Source: Chloroflexota bacterium (GTDB lineage: Bacteria > Chloroflexota > Dormibacteria > Aeolococcales > Aeolococcaceae). From it: a stretch of DNA of 46,326 nt. The stretch's first letter is position 1, and each line of letters starts with the position of its first letter. The notes below the pieces were generated by a model. The model was not told the DNA's origin and searched no databases. It was given only the letters and a program-made list of their open reading frames with translations. Of this stretch, positions 1 to 8,640 are shown one piece after another. The stretch lies in assembly GCA_005879785.1 (NCBI GenBank), contig VBJV01000045.1, positions 1-46,326 on the forward strand, in the 5' to 3' direction. Position numbers and translations under genes: made by a program.

Positions 1-307
1 CGAGCTCGCCCAGGCGCCCGCCGCCGGAGCGGCGGGTCACGAAGTGGACCACCACGGCCTCCGCAGCGTGGGCGCTGGCGTCGTTGCGGAGGATGGCCAC
101 GGGGATCGCCGCCAGCGCGTAACTGCCGACGCCTGTGGCCAGGACGCTCACGGTCTGGGTGTCGGGACCGGGGGTGGCAGTCGGGCTCGGCGTGGGGGTG
201 CTCGGCGTGGCGCTCGGCGTGGCACTGCGCGATAGCGTCGCCGGGCCGCACCCGAGCAGACCGACCAAGGCCACGGCGATCGCGCCCAGCGCGCAAAGGC
301 GATGCAC
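1..307 (-). CDS. putative lipoprotein, 5' end only (gene runs off the left window edge)
   Basis: Absent from the ORF track because no stop lies inside the window. The reverse frame from GTG (complement of 305-307) reads VHRLCALGAIAVALVGLLGCGPATLS... It has a hydrophobic signal core and an LLGC lipobox, followed by a Thr/Pro/Ser linker. Third codon positions are almost all G/C, as in the confident genes. Confidence 0.45.
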   Translation of the reverse strand, partial: MHRLCALGAIAVALVGLLGCGPATLSRSATPSATPSTPTPSPTATPGPDTQTVSVLATGVGSYALAAIPVAILRNDASAHAAEAVVVHFVTRRSGGGRLGEL

Positions 308-413
308 GTGCTCATCGTAGGGCGCCTCGGAGCGGCTCCCGGCACGGTGCCGTCACGGCGTCATAATTGACACGGCCGTCAACTTCTGATCGCCGCAACC
401 GGAGTGGTGTGCC

Positions 414-1556
414 ATGCCCTTCACCGCCGAGCACGATGCTCTTCGCGAAACCGTCCGCGACTTCGTCAGCAAGGAGTTGCGACCGCACGCCGAGGAATGG
501 GAGGCGGCCGAGCATTTCCCCAACTCGGTGTTCGAGCGCATGGGCGAATTGGGCCTGCTCGGCCTGCGCTATCCCGAGAAGTACGGCGGCCAGGGCGGCG
601 ATTACTTCACCGCCATCGTCCTCGCCGAGGAGATGGCCCGCTGCCGCTCGGGCGGCGTCGGCATGGCCATCACCGTCCAGGCGGAGATGGCGACGCCGCC
701 GATCTTCAAGTGGGGCACCGAGGCGCAGAAGCAGAAGTACCTCGTCCCGGCGATCAACGGCACCAAAATCGCGGCGCTCGGCATCACCGAACCGGACGCC
801 GGCAGCGACGTGGCCAACATCCGTACTCGCGCCGAGCGTGTCAACGGGCACTGGCGCATCAACGGCAGCAAGCTCTACATCACCAACGGTGTGCGCTGCG
901 ATTACATCCTGCTGGTCTGTCGCACCGGCAAGCAGGAGGACGGCGCCCACGGCATCACGCTGTTCCTCGTGGACAAGGAGCTGCCCGGCTTCACGGTCTC
1001 GCGCAAGCTGAAGAAGCTCGGCATGTTCTCCAGCGACACCGCCGAGCTCTCCTTCAACGACGTCGAGGTCGGCGACGACGCGGTGCTCGGCGAGGTCGGT
1101 CAGGGTTTCTACAACCTGATGTGGGAGCTGCAGGGCGAGCGCCTCATCGGCTCCGCCGGCGCCATCGCCGGAGCCGAGGTGGCGTTCGAAGAGACGCTGC
1201 AGTGGTGCAAGCAGCGCGAGGCCTTCGGCAGGCCGATCGGCGCCTTCCAGGTGAACCGGCACAAGCTCGTCGACATGTACACCGACATCACCGTGGCCAA
1301 GAACTTCGTGTACAACGTCGCCGAGAAGTGGAACCGCGAGGAGTACCCGGTCAGCGAGATTTCGATGACCAAGCTCGTGGTGGGACGGGTCACGTCCACG
1401 GTCGCTGACACGTGCCTGCAGCTGTTCGGGGGCTTCGGCTACATGGCCGAGGCGGGCATCTCGCGGTACTTCCGTGATTCGCGGCTCATACGCATCGGCG
1501 CCGGTACCGACGAGGTGATGAAGGAGATCATCGCCAAGACCTCGCTCGGTTTGTAA
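414..1556 (+). CDS. acyl-CoA dehydrogenase
   Basis: 380-aa ORF of full ACAD length with family-typical motifs (GITEPDAGSD, FGGFGY, RIGAGTDEVMKEIIA). GGAG lies 9 nt upstream of the ATG. Confidence 0.9.
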   Translation: MPFTAEHDALRETVRDFVSKELRPHAEEWEAAEHFPNSVFERMGELGLLGLRYPEKYGGQGGDYFTAIVLAEEMARCRSGGVGMAITVQAEMATPPIFKWGTEAQKQKYLVPAINGTKIAALGITEPDAGSDVANIRTRAERVNGHWRINGSKLYITNGVRCDYILLVCRTGKQEDGAHGITLFLVDKELPGFTVSRKLKKLGMFSSDTAELSFNDVEVGDDAVLGEVGQGFYNLMWELQGERLIGSAGAIAGAEVAFEETLQWCKQREAFGRPIGAFQVNRHKLVDMYTDITVAKNFVYNVAEKWNREEYPVSEISMTKLVVGRVTSTVADTCLQLFGGFGYMAEAGISRYFRDSRLIRIGAGTDEVMKEIIAKTSLGL

Positions 1557-1651
1557 CACCGGGCGATCACCCTGGCGTTCCGAGGAACACCACGAGCAAC
1601 GGGCACGGATACCGGGGGCGGCTGCCGCGTCGCGAGACTAGACTGAAGTCC

Positions 1652-2887
1652 GTGACTCGCACGGTCTTCCGCGGCGGGCGCGTATTCGACGGCAGCGGAG
1701 CGGCACCCCGCGAGGCGGACATCGTCGTCGAGGACGGCGCGATCCGCGATGTCGGCACCGGTCTTGACGCAGACAGCGCGGTGGACGTGTCGGGCCGCAC
1801 CGTGCTTCCCGGCTTCTTCGACTGCCACGTTCATGTCGCGCTCAGCCACATCGACATCTGGCGGATCGCGCAGACGCCGTTCTCTCTGCACTTCTACGAA
1901 GCTGCGCACAACCTCGAGGCGACGCTGCGCGCCGGCGTCACGTCGATACGCGACGCCGGCGGCGCCGACCTGGGCATGAAGACCGCGGTGAACACCGGCC
2001 TCATCCGTGGCCCCCGGATGCAGATCGCCATCCGCATGCTCTCCCAGACAGGTGGCCACGGCGATGGAACGCTCCCGTCCGGGACGTGCCTGGTGCTGCG
2101 CCCGGACTACCCCGGGATGCCGTCGGGGATCGTCGACGGGCCCGACGAGATGCGCCGCCGCGTCCGCGAGCTGGTCCGCGAGGGAGCCGACGTCATCAAG
2201 GTGGCCACCTCGGGCGGGGTGCTGTCACCGCGGGACAGCCCCAAGCACGCGCACTTCAGACCGCTTGAGCTCGAGGTGCTGGTGCAGGAGGCGACCGCCG
2301 CGGGGCGTTTCGTCATGGCCCACGCGCAGGCGACCGACGGCATCAAGAACGCGATCCGCGCCGGCATCCGCTCCATCGAGCACGGCGTCTACCTCGACGA
2401 TGAGGCGATCAAGTTGATGCTCGATCGCGGCACGTATTTGGTGGCCACGCTGGTGGCTCCCCTGGGTGTCATCGACGCTGCCGAGCAGGGAGTGAGCTTT
2501 CCCCCGGGAGTGCTCGAGAAGGCGCACGATGTCGTCGATGCCCACCGCCAGTCGTTCCGCAGCGCCGTCGCGGCGGGCGTGCGCGTCGCCATGGGCACCG
2601 ACAGCGGTGTCACGCCGCACGGGCGCAACCTTCGTGAGCTCGAGTTGATGCGGCTGGGCGGCATGGCGCCGGCGGATGTCCTGGTGGCGGCGACGCGCAC
2701 ATCAGCGGAGCTTCTCGGCGTTAGCGACCGGGTGGGCACGATCGAGCCCGGCAAGCGCGCCGACCTGGTTCTGGTCGAAGGTGACGCATACGACCTGGCC
2801 ACGTTGCCCGACCGCATCCGCGGCGTCTACCTCGACGGACGCCCTGTGTTCGAGGCGACGCCAGAGCGGGCAGCAGTCACCGTCTGA
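1652..2887 (+). CDS. metal-dependent amidohydrolase family protein
   Basis: 411 aa. Contains the HxH metal motif (FFDCHVHV), later His/Asp ligands (MAHAQ, IEHG, GTDSG), and a GxxADLVL C-terminal strand typical of the amidohydrolase superfamily. GTG start. Confidence 0.85.
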   Translation: MTRTVFRGGRVFDGSGAAPREADIVVEDGAIRDVGTGLDADSAVDVSGRTVLPGFFDCHVHVALSHIDIWRIAQTPFSLHFYEAAHNLEATLRAGVTSIRDAGGADLGMKTAVNTGLIRGPRMQIAIRMLSQTGGHGDGTLPSGTCLVLRPDYPGMPSGIVDGPDEMRRRVRELVREGADVIKVATSGGVLSPRDSPKHAHFRPLELEVLVQEATAAGRFVMAHAQATDGIKNAIRAGIRSIEHGVYLDDEAIKLMLDRGTYLVATLVAPLGVIDAAEQGVSFPPGVLEKAHDVVDAHRQSFRSAVAAGVRVAMGTDSGVTPHGRNLRELELMRLGGMAPADVLVAATRTSAELLGVSDRVGTIEPGKRADLVLVEGDAYDLATLPDRIRGVYLDGRPVFEATPERAAVTV

Positions 2888-2971
2888 CCAGCAGCGTCAG
2901 GTATGCGGCCATAGGACGGCGATGCCGTGGGTGCGGAGCAGGGCGTCCACGGCGCGCGCCCAGTCGACGCG

Positions 2972-3352
2972 CTACTGGGCGCGGCCGTACGTGGCCTGGA
3001 TGTAGTCGTACGTGGGCAGGTCGCGGCTGAGCCGCGGCAGGTCCGGCCGCTGCGGGACGTCGACGGCGGTGATCAGCTCGCGCTGCTCCAGCTCTTCCAG
3101 CGCCAGCGTGAGCACGGAGATCATCGAATCGACCATCTCCGCGTAGTCCATCTTGGCGCTCTGCAGCGCCACCGGGTCGCGTCCGTCCTCCGCGATTCGG
3201 GTGCGCTGCGCGACGGTCTCGACGTACACATCGACGTCACCGAGCAGCGCGCATCCGCTCTGCGGTCCGCCGACGACCACCCGGTGCGCATCGACGCCGA
3301 CCGTGAAGGTCAGCGGCTCCGGCTCAGCCGGGCGACGGCGAAACAGCGGCAT
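2972..3352 (-). CDS. hypothetical protein
   Basis: Strong G/C third-position bias. The internal ATG at 3352 (MPLFRRRP...) is preferred over the track start at 3388. It overlaps the pyrE 3' end by 29 nt. No recognisable motif. Confidence 0.5.
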   Translation of the reverse strand: MPLFRRRPAEPEPLTFTVGVDAHRVVVGGPQSGCALLGDVDVYVETVAQRTRIAEDGRDPVALQSAKMDYAEMVDSMISVLTLALEELEQRELITAVDVPQRPDLPRLSRDLPTYDYIQATYGRAQ

Positions 3353-3911
3353 GCGGAGCGGGGAACTCACTGCGCGTGAAGAGGGCATGCAGTGGAATGC
3401 CTGCTGCCTCGAGCGCTTCGCGCCCGCCCTCCTGGCGATCGACGACGCACACGGCCTCGACGACGACCGCGCCGGTCTCGGCGACGTGCTGGTTGGCGGC
3501 GAGGAATGTTCCGCCCGTGGTCAGCGTGTCATCGACGAGCAGGACGCGCATCCCGGCGCGCAGCGGCGGACCCTCGATTGCCCGTCCGGTGCCGTGCTCC
3601 TTCGCGGCCTTGCGCACGATGAACGCGCAGAGCGGCGCGTCGCCTTCGCCGCTCAACGCCGCAACCGCGGCTGCGATGGGGTCGGCGCCGAGGGTCAGCC
3701 CGCCCACCGCCGCGACCCTGAGCTCGCGGCAGCGCTGCAGCACCAGGCGTGCGACCAGGTGGAGGCCGCGGCCGTCGAGCGTCACCTGCTTGCCGTCGAT
3801 GTAGTAGTCGCTGCGCCTGCCGCTGGTGAGCACGAAGTCGCCGTGTGTGAAGGCGCGCGATGCGAGCAGCCCGTGCAGCTCCGCTCGCACCGCGGCGAGG
3901 TCGCCGCTCAC
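3324..3911 (-). CDS. pyrE: orotate phosphoribosyltransferase
   Basis: 195 aa. PRPP-binding loop VLLVDDTLTTGGT, N-terminal FVLTSGRRSDYYID, and typical PyrE length. Confidence 0.9.
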   Translation of the reverse strand: MSGDLAAVRAELHGLLASRAFTHGDFVLTSGRRSDYYIDGKQVTLDGRGLHLVARLVLQRCRELRVAAVGGLTLGADPIAAAVAALSGEGDAPLCAFIVRKAAKEHGTGRAIEGPPLRAGMRVLLVDDTLTTGGTFLAANQHVAETGAVVVEAVCVVDRQEGGREALEAAGIPLHALFTRSEFPAPHAAVSPSPG

Positions 3912-5404
3912 GATGCGGGTGCTTTCCAGCGCAGCACCGGGTGTCGGGCCGCGCCGACCTCATCGACGCGCTCCACCGGCGTGGCGTGTGGCGCCGCCTG
4001 CACGAACGAGAGGTCGCGCGCCGCCTCGTCGAGGATCGACGCGCAGATTGCGGCCAACTCGTCCAGGGTGCTCTTCGACTCTGTCTCGGTGGGCTCGAAC
4101 ATCAGCGCCTCGGGCACCGTCGTCGGGAAATACACGGTCGGCGCGTAGACGCCGAAATCGAGCAGGCGCTTGGCCACGTCCATGGCACGCAGCCCGGCCA
4201 CGGCGGAACCCTTGGTGGTGGCGACGAACTCGTGCAGGCAGGGCTGCGTGACCGCCATCGGCAGCAGCGGCGCGATGAGCGTCTGCAGGTACCTAGCGTT
4301 GAGCACTGCGTCACGTGCCACCTCGGGCAGCGTGTTGCCGTACGCGCGGATGTACGCGTATGCGCGCACCAGCATGCCGAAGTTGCCGTAGAAGGAGCGC
4401 ACCTTGCCGATGCTCTGCGGCCGCTCATCGTCGAAGTAGAAGCGGTCGCCGTCGCGTTCCACGGTTGGCGTGGGCAGGAACGCCGTGAGCCGCTCGGCGA
4501 CGCCGACCGGCCCGGCGCCCGGTCCGCCGCCGCCGTGCGGTGTCGAGAACGTTTTGTGCAGGTTGAGGTGCACGACGTCGAAGCCCATCTCACCGGGGCG
4601 CGCGACGCCGACCAGCGCGTTCAGGTTGGCGCCGTCGTAGTAGAGCAGCGCGCCCCGTTCATGGGCGAGGCGCGCGATCTCGAGAATGTCGGTCTCGAAG
4701 ACGCCGAGCGTGTTCGGGTTGGTGAGCATGATCGCGGCCACATGCTCGTCGAGGTGCTCGCGGAAGTCGGCGAGGTCGATGGTCCCTTCCGCGTTGCTCT
4801 GCACGGTGACCACATCGAGACCGCACGCGGCCGCCGAGGCCGGGTTGGTGCCGTGCGCCGAATCAGGGATGAGGACCTTGGTGCGGGCGAGGTCACCGCG
4901 GTCTGCGTGGTAGGCCTGGATCATGCGCAGCCCCGTCCACTCGCCGTGCGCGCCGGCGGCGGGCTGCAGTGACATCCGCGCCATCCCGGTGATGTCGGCG
5001 AGCATGCGCTCCAGCTCCCACATCAGGCGGAGGGCTCCCTGGACGTCGGCCTCGTCCTGGTACGGATGCAGGTTGGCGAAGCCGTCGAGCCACGCGATCT
5101 GCTCGTCGACGACCGGGTTGTACTTCATCGTGCACGACCCCAGCGGGTAGGCACCGTGGTGCAGGTTGTGGTTGCGCCGTGCCATGCGCCCGATGTGACG
5201 TGCCAGCACGGGTTCGGGAACCGCCGGCACCTCGGCGGGGCGAGCGCGCAGCATCGAACCCGGCAGCAGGGCCGCCAGGCCGTCACCGGGCACGCCGGCG
5301 GCGGGCAGCAGCGGACCCCGTTCGTAATCGGTGCTGAGCTCGAACACCAGCGGCTCTGCGCCGGCCCAGCGCGCCTCCACGGCCGGCGCCTCCGGTGCAC
5401 TCAT
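3908..5404 (-). CDS. gcvPB: glycine dehydrogenase (decarboxylating) subunit 2
   Basis: Has the PLP-lysine region NLHKTFSTPHGGGGPG and the SCTMKYNP motif. The start is taken at ATG 5404, which overlaps the gcvPA stop (ATGA). The track start at 5509 would add an Arg-rich extension. Confidence 0.9.
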   Translation of the reverse strand: MSAPEAPAVEARWAGAEPLVFELSTDYERGPLLPAAGVPGDGLAALLPGSMLRARPAEVPAVPEPVLARHIGRMARRNHNLHHGAYPLGSCTMKYNPVVDEQIAWLDGFANLHPYQDEADVQGALRLMWELERMLADITGMARMSLQPAAGAHGEWTGLRMIQAYHADRGDLARTKVLIPDSAHGTNPASAAACGLDVVTVQSNAEGTIDLADFREHLDEHVAAIMLTNPNTLGVFETDILEIARLAHERGALLYYDGANLNALVGVARPGEMGFDVVHLNLHKTFSTPHGGGGPGAGPVGVAERLTAFLPTPTVERDGDRFYFDDERPQSIGKVRSFYGNFGMLVRAYAYIRAYGNTLPEVARDAVLNARYLQTLIAPLLPMAVTQPCLHEFVATTKGSAVAGLRAMDVAKRLLDFGVYAPTVYFPTTVPEALMFEPTETESKSTLDELAAICASILDEAARDLSFVQAAPHATPVERVDEVGAARHPVLRWKAPAS

Positions 5405-6780
5405 GCCGTCGCCACCGGCACGCGCTGCTCGGCCGCGTCGAGCGCTACCCGTTTGGCCGCGGCCACGTAGCGTTCGATCGAGTCCGGCGAGGTCAGCTCG
5501 GTGCAGCACACCAGCACGTGGTCGTCGAGCGCGCTGTCGATGTCGCCGAGGGGAAGCCCGGCGATGATGTGGCTCTCGCGCAGCGCCCGCGCGAACTCAC
5601 GTCCGTCCACGGGCGTGCGCAGCACGAACTCCCAGAGGAACGGCGTGTCCGGGTAGGCGAGCGAGAACCCCTCGATCTCCGCGAGTCGCGCCGCGAGATG
5701 ATGGGCACGCAGCGCGCTCACCTCGGCGATGGTGCGCATCCCGCCCGCGCCCATGTACGCCATGTACACGGTGGCGGCGAGCGCGATGAGCGCGTGGTTG
5801 GTGCAGATGTTGGAGGTGGCGTGCTCGCGGCGGATGTGCTGCTCGCGCGCCTGCAACGTCAGGGTGTACGCGCGCCGTCCGGAGTGGTCGGTGGTCATGC
5901 CGGCGAGGCGGCCGGGAATACGTCGCAGCAACGCCTCGCGCACCGCCATGAAGCCCACGTGCGGTCCGCCGAACGAGGCTGGGATGCCGAGGGGCTGGCC
6001 GTCGCCGACGGCGACGTCGAACCCGGCGTCCCCCGGCGGCACGAGCGCCGCGCACGCATGCAGGTCGGTGCTGCAGATGGCGAGCGCTCCCCGGCTGTGC
6101 GCGATCTCCGCGATCTCCGCCAGCTCCTCGAGTGTGCCCAGGAAGGACGGATGTTGCACGAGCACCGCCGCGTGCTGGTCGTTGAGCGCGCCAGCCAGCG
6201 CTGCGGGAGACGTGCGCCCACCCTGCTCGGCGATCACGTCGATGTCGATGTGCCTCCCCTCGGCGAACGTGTGCAGGACGCGCAGCGTCTCCGGGTGCGC
6301 GCTGCTGGTCACGGCGATGCGCGTGCGCTTCGTGGTCTGAACGGCGAGCACCATCGCCTCGGCGGCAGCCGTCGCGCCGTCGTACATCGAGGCGTTGGCA
6401 ACGTCGAGACCGGTGAGCGCGCAGATCATGGACTGGAATTCGAAGATGCTCTGCAGCGTTCCCTGCGACGCCTCGGCCTGGTATGGCGTGTACGCGGTGT
6501 AGAACTCCGGGCGCGAGATGCTCGCGCGCACGATGGCGGGACTGAAACGGCGGTACACGCCGGCGCCGAGGAAGCTGCGATAGGTGCTCAGCGACCGGTT
6601 GCGGGCGGCAAGCCCTTCGAGCAGCACGACGAGGTCCTGCTCGCTGAGCGGCGGCGGCAGGTCGAGCGAGGGATTGCGCAGCGCGGCGGGGATGGCGGTG
6701 AACAGGTCCGCCGCCGTGCTCGCGCCGACGCGCGCCAGCATCGCCGTGCGCTCGGCGTCCGTGTTCGGCAGATAGGCCAC
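5401..6780 (-). CDS. gcvPA: glycine dehydrogenase (decarboxylating) subunit 1
   Basis: Homology begins at (V/M)AYLPNTDAERTAMLARVG, with TPYQAEASQGTLQ further in. GTG 6780 is preferred over ATG 6852, because the extra 24 codons cover an intergenic hairpin. Confidence 0.88.
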   Translation of the reverse strand: MAYLPNTDAERTAMLARVGASTAADLFTAIPAALRNPSLDLPPPLSEQDLVVLLEGLAARNRSLSTYRSFLGAGVYRRFSPAIVRASISRPEFYTAYTPYQAEASQGTLQSIFEFQSMICALTGLDVANASMYDGATAAAEAMVLAVQTTKRTRIAVTSSAHPETLRVLHTFAEGRHIDIDVIAEQGGRTSPAALAGALNDQHAAVLVQHPSFLGTLEELAEIAEIAHSRGALAICSTDLHACAALVPPGDAGFDVAVGDGQPLGIPASFGGPHVGFMAVREALLRRIPGRLAGMTTDHSGRRAYTLTLQAREQHIRREHATSNICTNHALIALAATVYMAYMGAGGMRTIAEVSALRAHHLAARLAEIEGFSLAYPDTPFLWEFVLRTPVDGREFARALRESHIIAGLPLGDIDSALDDHVLVCCTELTSPDSIERYVAAAKRVALDAAEQRVPVATA

Positions 6781-6869
6781 GATCCAAGTATGCCGATGCC
6801 GCTGCAGCCGTCGCGGTGCCCGTGCGCCGGTGGTTTGGGCGCACGGGGGCACTGGTATGCTGCCAAGGC

Positions 6870-7085
6870 ATGTCCAAGCGAGTGAGCACCATATCCATCG
6901 ACGACATCGTCGCCGCCATCGAGACGGCGCGCGACAAGGTCATGGCCGACGAGGTGAAGAGCCTCGTCAAGCTCGGGCTGCCCAAGACGGTCGCGTACAA
7001 GATGGTCGCCGAGCGCTACCGGCAGAAGCCGGAGGGCGAGGAAGGCGAGGCCGACGCGGGGACGCCCTGGCCGGACATGTCCTGA
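6870..7085 (+). CDS. small hypothetical protein (71 aa)
   Basis: ATG 6870 (MSKRVSTISIDDIVAAIE...) with a strong G/C third-position bias and an acidic C-terminus. The track start at 6816 lies inside the hairpin. Confidence 0.55.
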   Translation: MSKRVSTISIDDIVAAIETARDKVMADEVKSLVKLGLPKTVAYKMVAERYRQKPEGEEGEADAGTPWPDMS

Positions 7086-7096
7086 GGCGGCCGACC

Positions 7097-7699
7097 TCAG
7101 TCGGTTGAAGCTCCGCGGCGGCGACGTCCGCGCAGATACCAGGCGGCCAGTCCCAGCACGACCAGGACGGCGATGCCGATGGCGACCTTGCTGATCGGGC
7201 CTGAGACGCGGGTGTAGTTGGCCCCCACGCCGTAGCCGAGGGCGGTCAGCGCCGAGCACCAGACCAGCGCCCCGGCGAAGGTCAGCACGACGAAGGGCGC
7301 GGGATGGACCTTGGCCAGCCCGGCCGGAAACGAGATGTACGTGGTGACCACGGGCAGGAACCGCCCGAAGAACACCGCCGGGTAGCCGAACCGGGCGAAC
7401 CAGTGGTCGGCGAGGTCGAGGTGCGAGGCGGAGATGCCGACCCGGCGCCCGGGTCCGAGCAGGAGCGGCCGGCCGAAGCGGCGTGACAGCGTGTAGGCAA
7501 TGAGCGATCCGACCAGGTTCCCCGCGGCGCCGGCGATGACCACGCCGACGACGTTGAGATGCCCGGCGGCGGCGAAGATGCCGGCCACGGGCATGACCAC
7601 CTCGCTGGGGATGGGGATCCCGCAGGCGTTGATCGCCATGAGGACGAGGATCACGGGGATCCCGCCGCCGCTCACCCAGGTGCGTATGAAGTCGCCCAT
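7097..7699 (-). CDS. DedA family membrane protein
   Basis: From MGDFIRTW: CGIPIPSEVVMPVAG and FGRFLPVVTTYISFPAG motifs, with several hydrophobic spans. The start at ATG 7699 is chosen over 7858. Confidence 0.8.
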   Translation of the reverse strand: MGDFIRTWVSGGGIPVILVLMAINACGIPIPSEVVMPVAGIFAAAGHLNVVGVVIAGAAGNLVGSLIAYTLSRRFGRPLLLGPGRRVGISASHLDLADHWFARFGYPAVFFGRFLPVVTTYISFPAGLAKVHPAPFVVLTFAGALVWCSALTALGYGVGANYTRVSGPISKVAIGIAVLVVLGLAAWYLRGRRRRGASTD

Positions 7700-7738
7700 C
7701 GGGCGCTGATTCTGCCCGAGCCCTACGCTCTTGCGGCG

Positions 7739-8593
7739 ATGCCCACCTCCAGGCGCCCCGTTCCGTCGGCGATCCCGCCGCTGCCGTCGCCCTTCGACCC
7801 TGCTGCCGAGCTGGACTGGGGCGCCGCCGTGTACGGCCGGCGTTTGCTGCGCGAGCACCTCGACCAGTCACACGACAGCGCCAGCCGGCGCACCAAGGTC
7901 ATCACCGCACACGTGCGGCGGCTGCGACGCCTGCTGCCCGAACCGCCGGCGCGCGTGCTCGACGCCGGCTGCGGCCCGGGCTTCTACGCGCTGCGCGTGG
8001 CTGCGCTCGGCCACGACGTCGTCGGCGTGGACGTTGACCGCGCTGCGCTTCGCCACGCTCGCGCACTCGCGCGTGAACGGCGCGCCGGCGGGCGCCTCGC
8101 ATTCCGCACGGCCGACCTGCGAGAGCTCGACCTGGGCGCGGCGCGGTTCGACGCAGCGCTGCTCATCTACTACGTGCTGGAGAACTTTCCGCGACGCCAG
8201 CAGCCGCGCGTCCTGCGCCGTCTGCGCCGCGTGCTGAAGCCCGGCGGCCGTCTGATCGCAGAGCTGCGTCTTCGGCCCGACCGGCCACCGGGACGGAGCG
8301 ACTGGTGGGACATCGTGCCCGACTCACTGCTCAGCGATCGCCCTCACCTGCTGCTCGGCGACAGCGTGTACGACACCCGTCGCAACTCCTTCGTAATGCG
8401 CGAGGTCGCGGTGTTCGACGATGGCACGACCGCGGTGCTGCAGACCAGCGGCTGGCTGTGCCCCTTGGCGTCGATCCCCACGTTGTTCGCGCGCGCCGGG
8501 TTCCGCGTGGACGCCATCCACGACGGTTGGAGCAGCCGCCGGGCCACACCGCTGTCGGAGACCGTGCTCGTGGTGGCGACAGCGTCCGGCTGA
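7739..8593 (+). CDS. class I SAM-dependent methyltransferase
   Basis: Motif I VLDAGCGPGFYA, post-I GVDVD, and motif LKPGGRL. The start at ATG 7739 lies in the divergent 38-nt spacer with DedA. Confidence 0.8.
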   Translation: MPTSRRPVPSAIPPLPSPFDPAAELDWGAAVYGRRLLREHLDQSHDSASRRTKVITAHVRRLRRLLPEPPARVLDAGCGPGFYALRVAALGHDVVGVDVDRAALRHARALARERRAGGRLAFRTADLRELDLGAARFDAALLIYYVLENFPRRQQPRVLRRLRRVLKPGGRLIAELRLRPDRPPGRSDWWDIVPDSLLSDRPHLLLGDSVYDTRRNSFVMREVAVFDDGTTAVLQTSGWLCPLASIPTLFARAGFRVDAIHDGWSSRRATPLSETVLVVATASG

Positions 8594-8640
8594 GGCAGGC
8601 CGGTACCATGGGCGCCCCGGCGCGCGCCGGAGCCTCGCCC

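Noticed and set aside
6781-6869. Glycine riboswitch upstream of gcvPA
   Set aside because: The spacer is at most 90 nt. It lacks the conserved GGAGAG...CACCG...GGACA-type aptamer core elements I know for this class and contains only a simple hairpin. It would need cmsearch to be fully excluded.
8305-8640. 112-codon N-terminal extension of the EF-G paralog given by the track (805 aa)
   Set aside because: The extension overlaps the methyltransferase 3' end and is Arg-rich nonsense. The conserved N-terminus (MTTPTPDRIRNVAVVGH) starts at 8641, with GGAG upstream.
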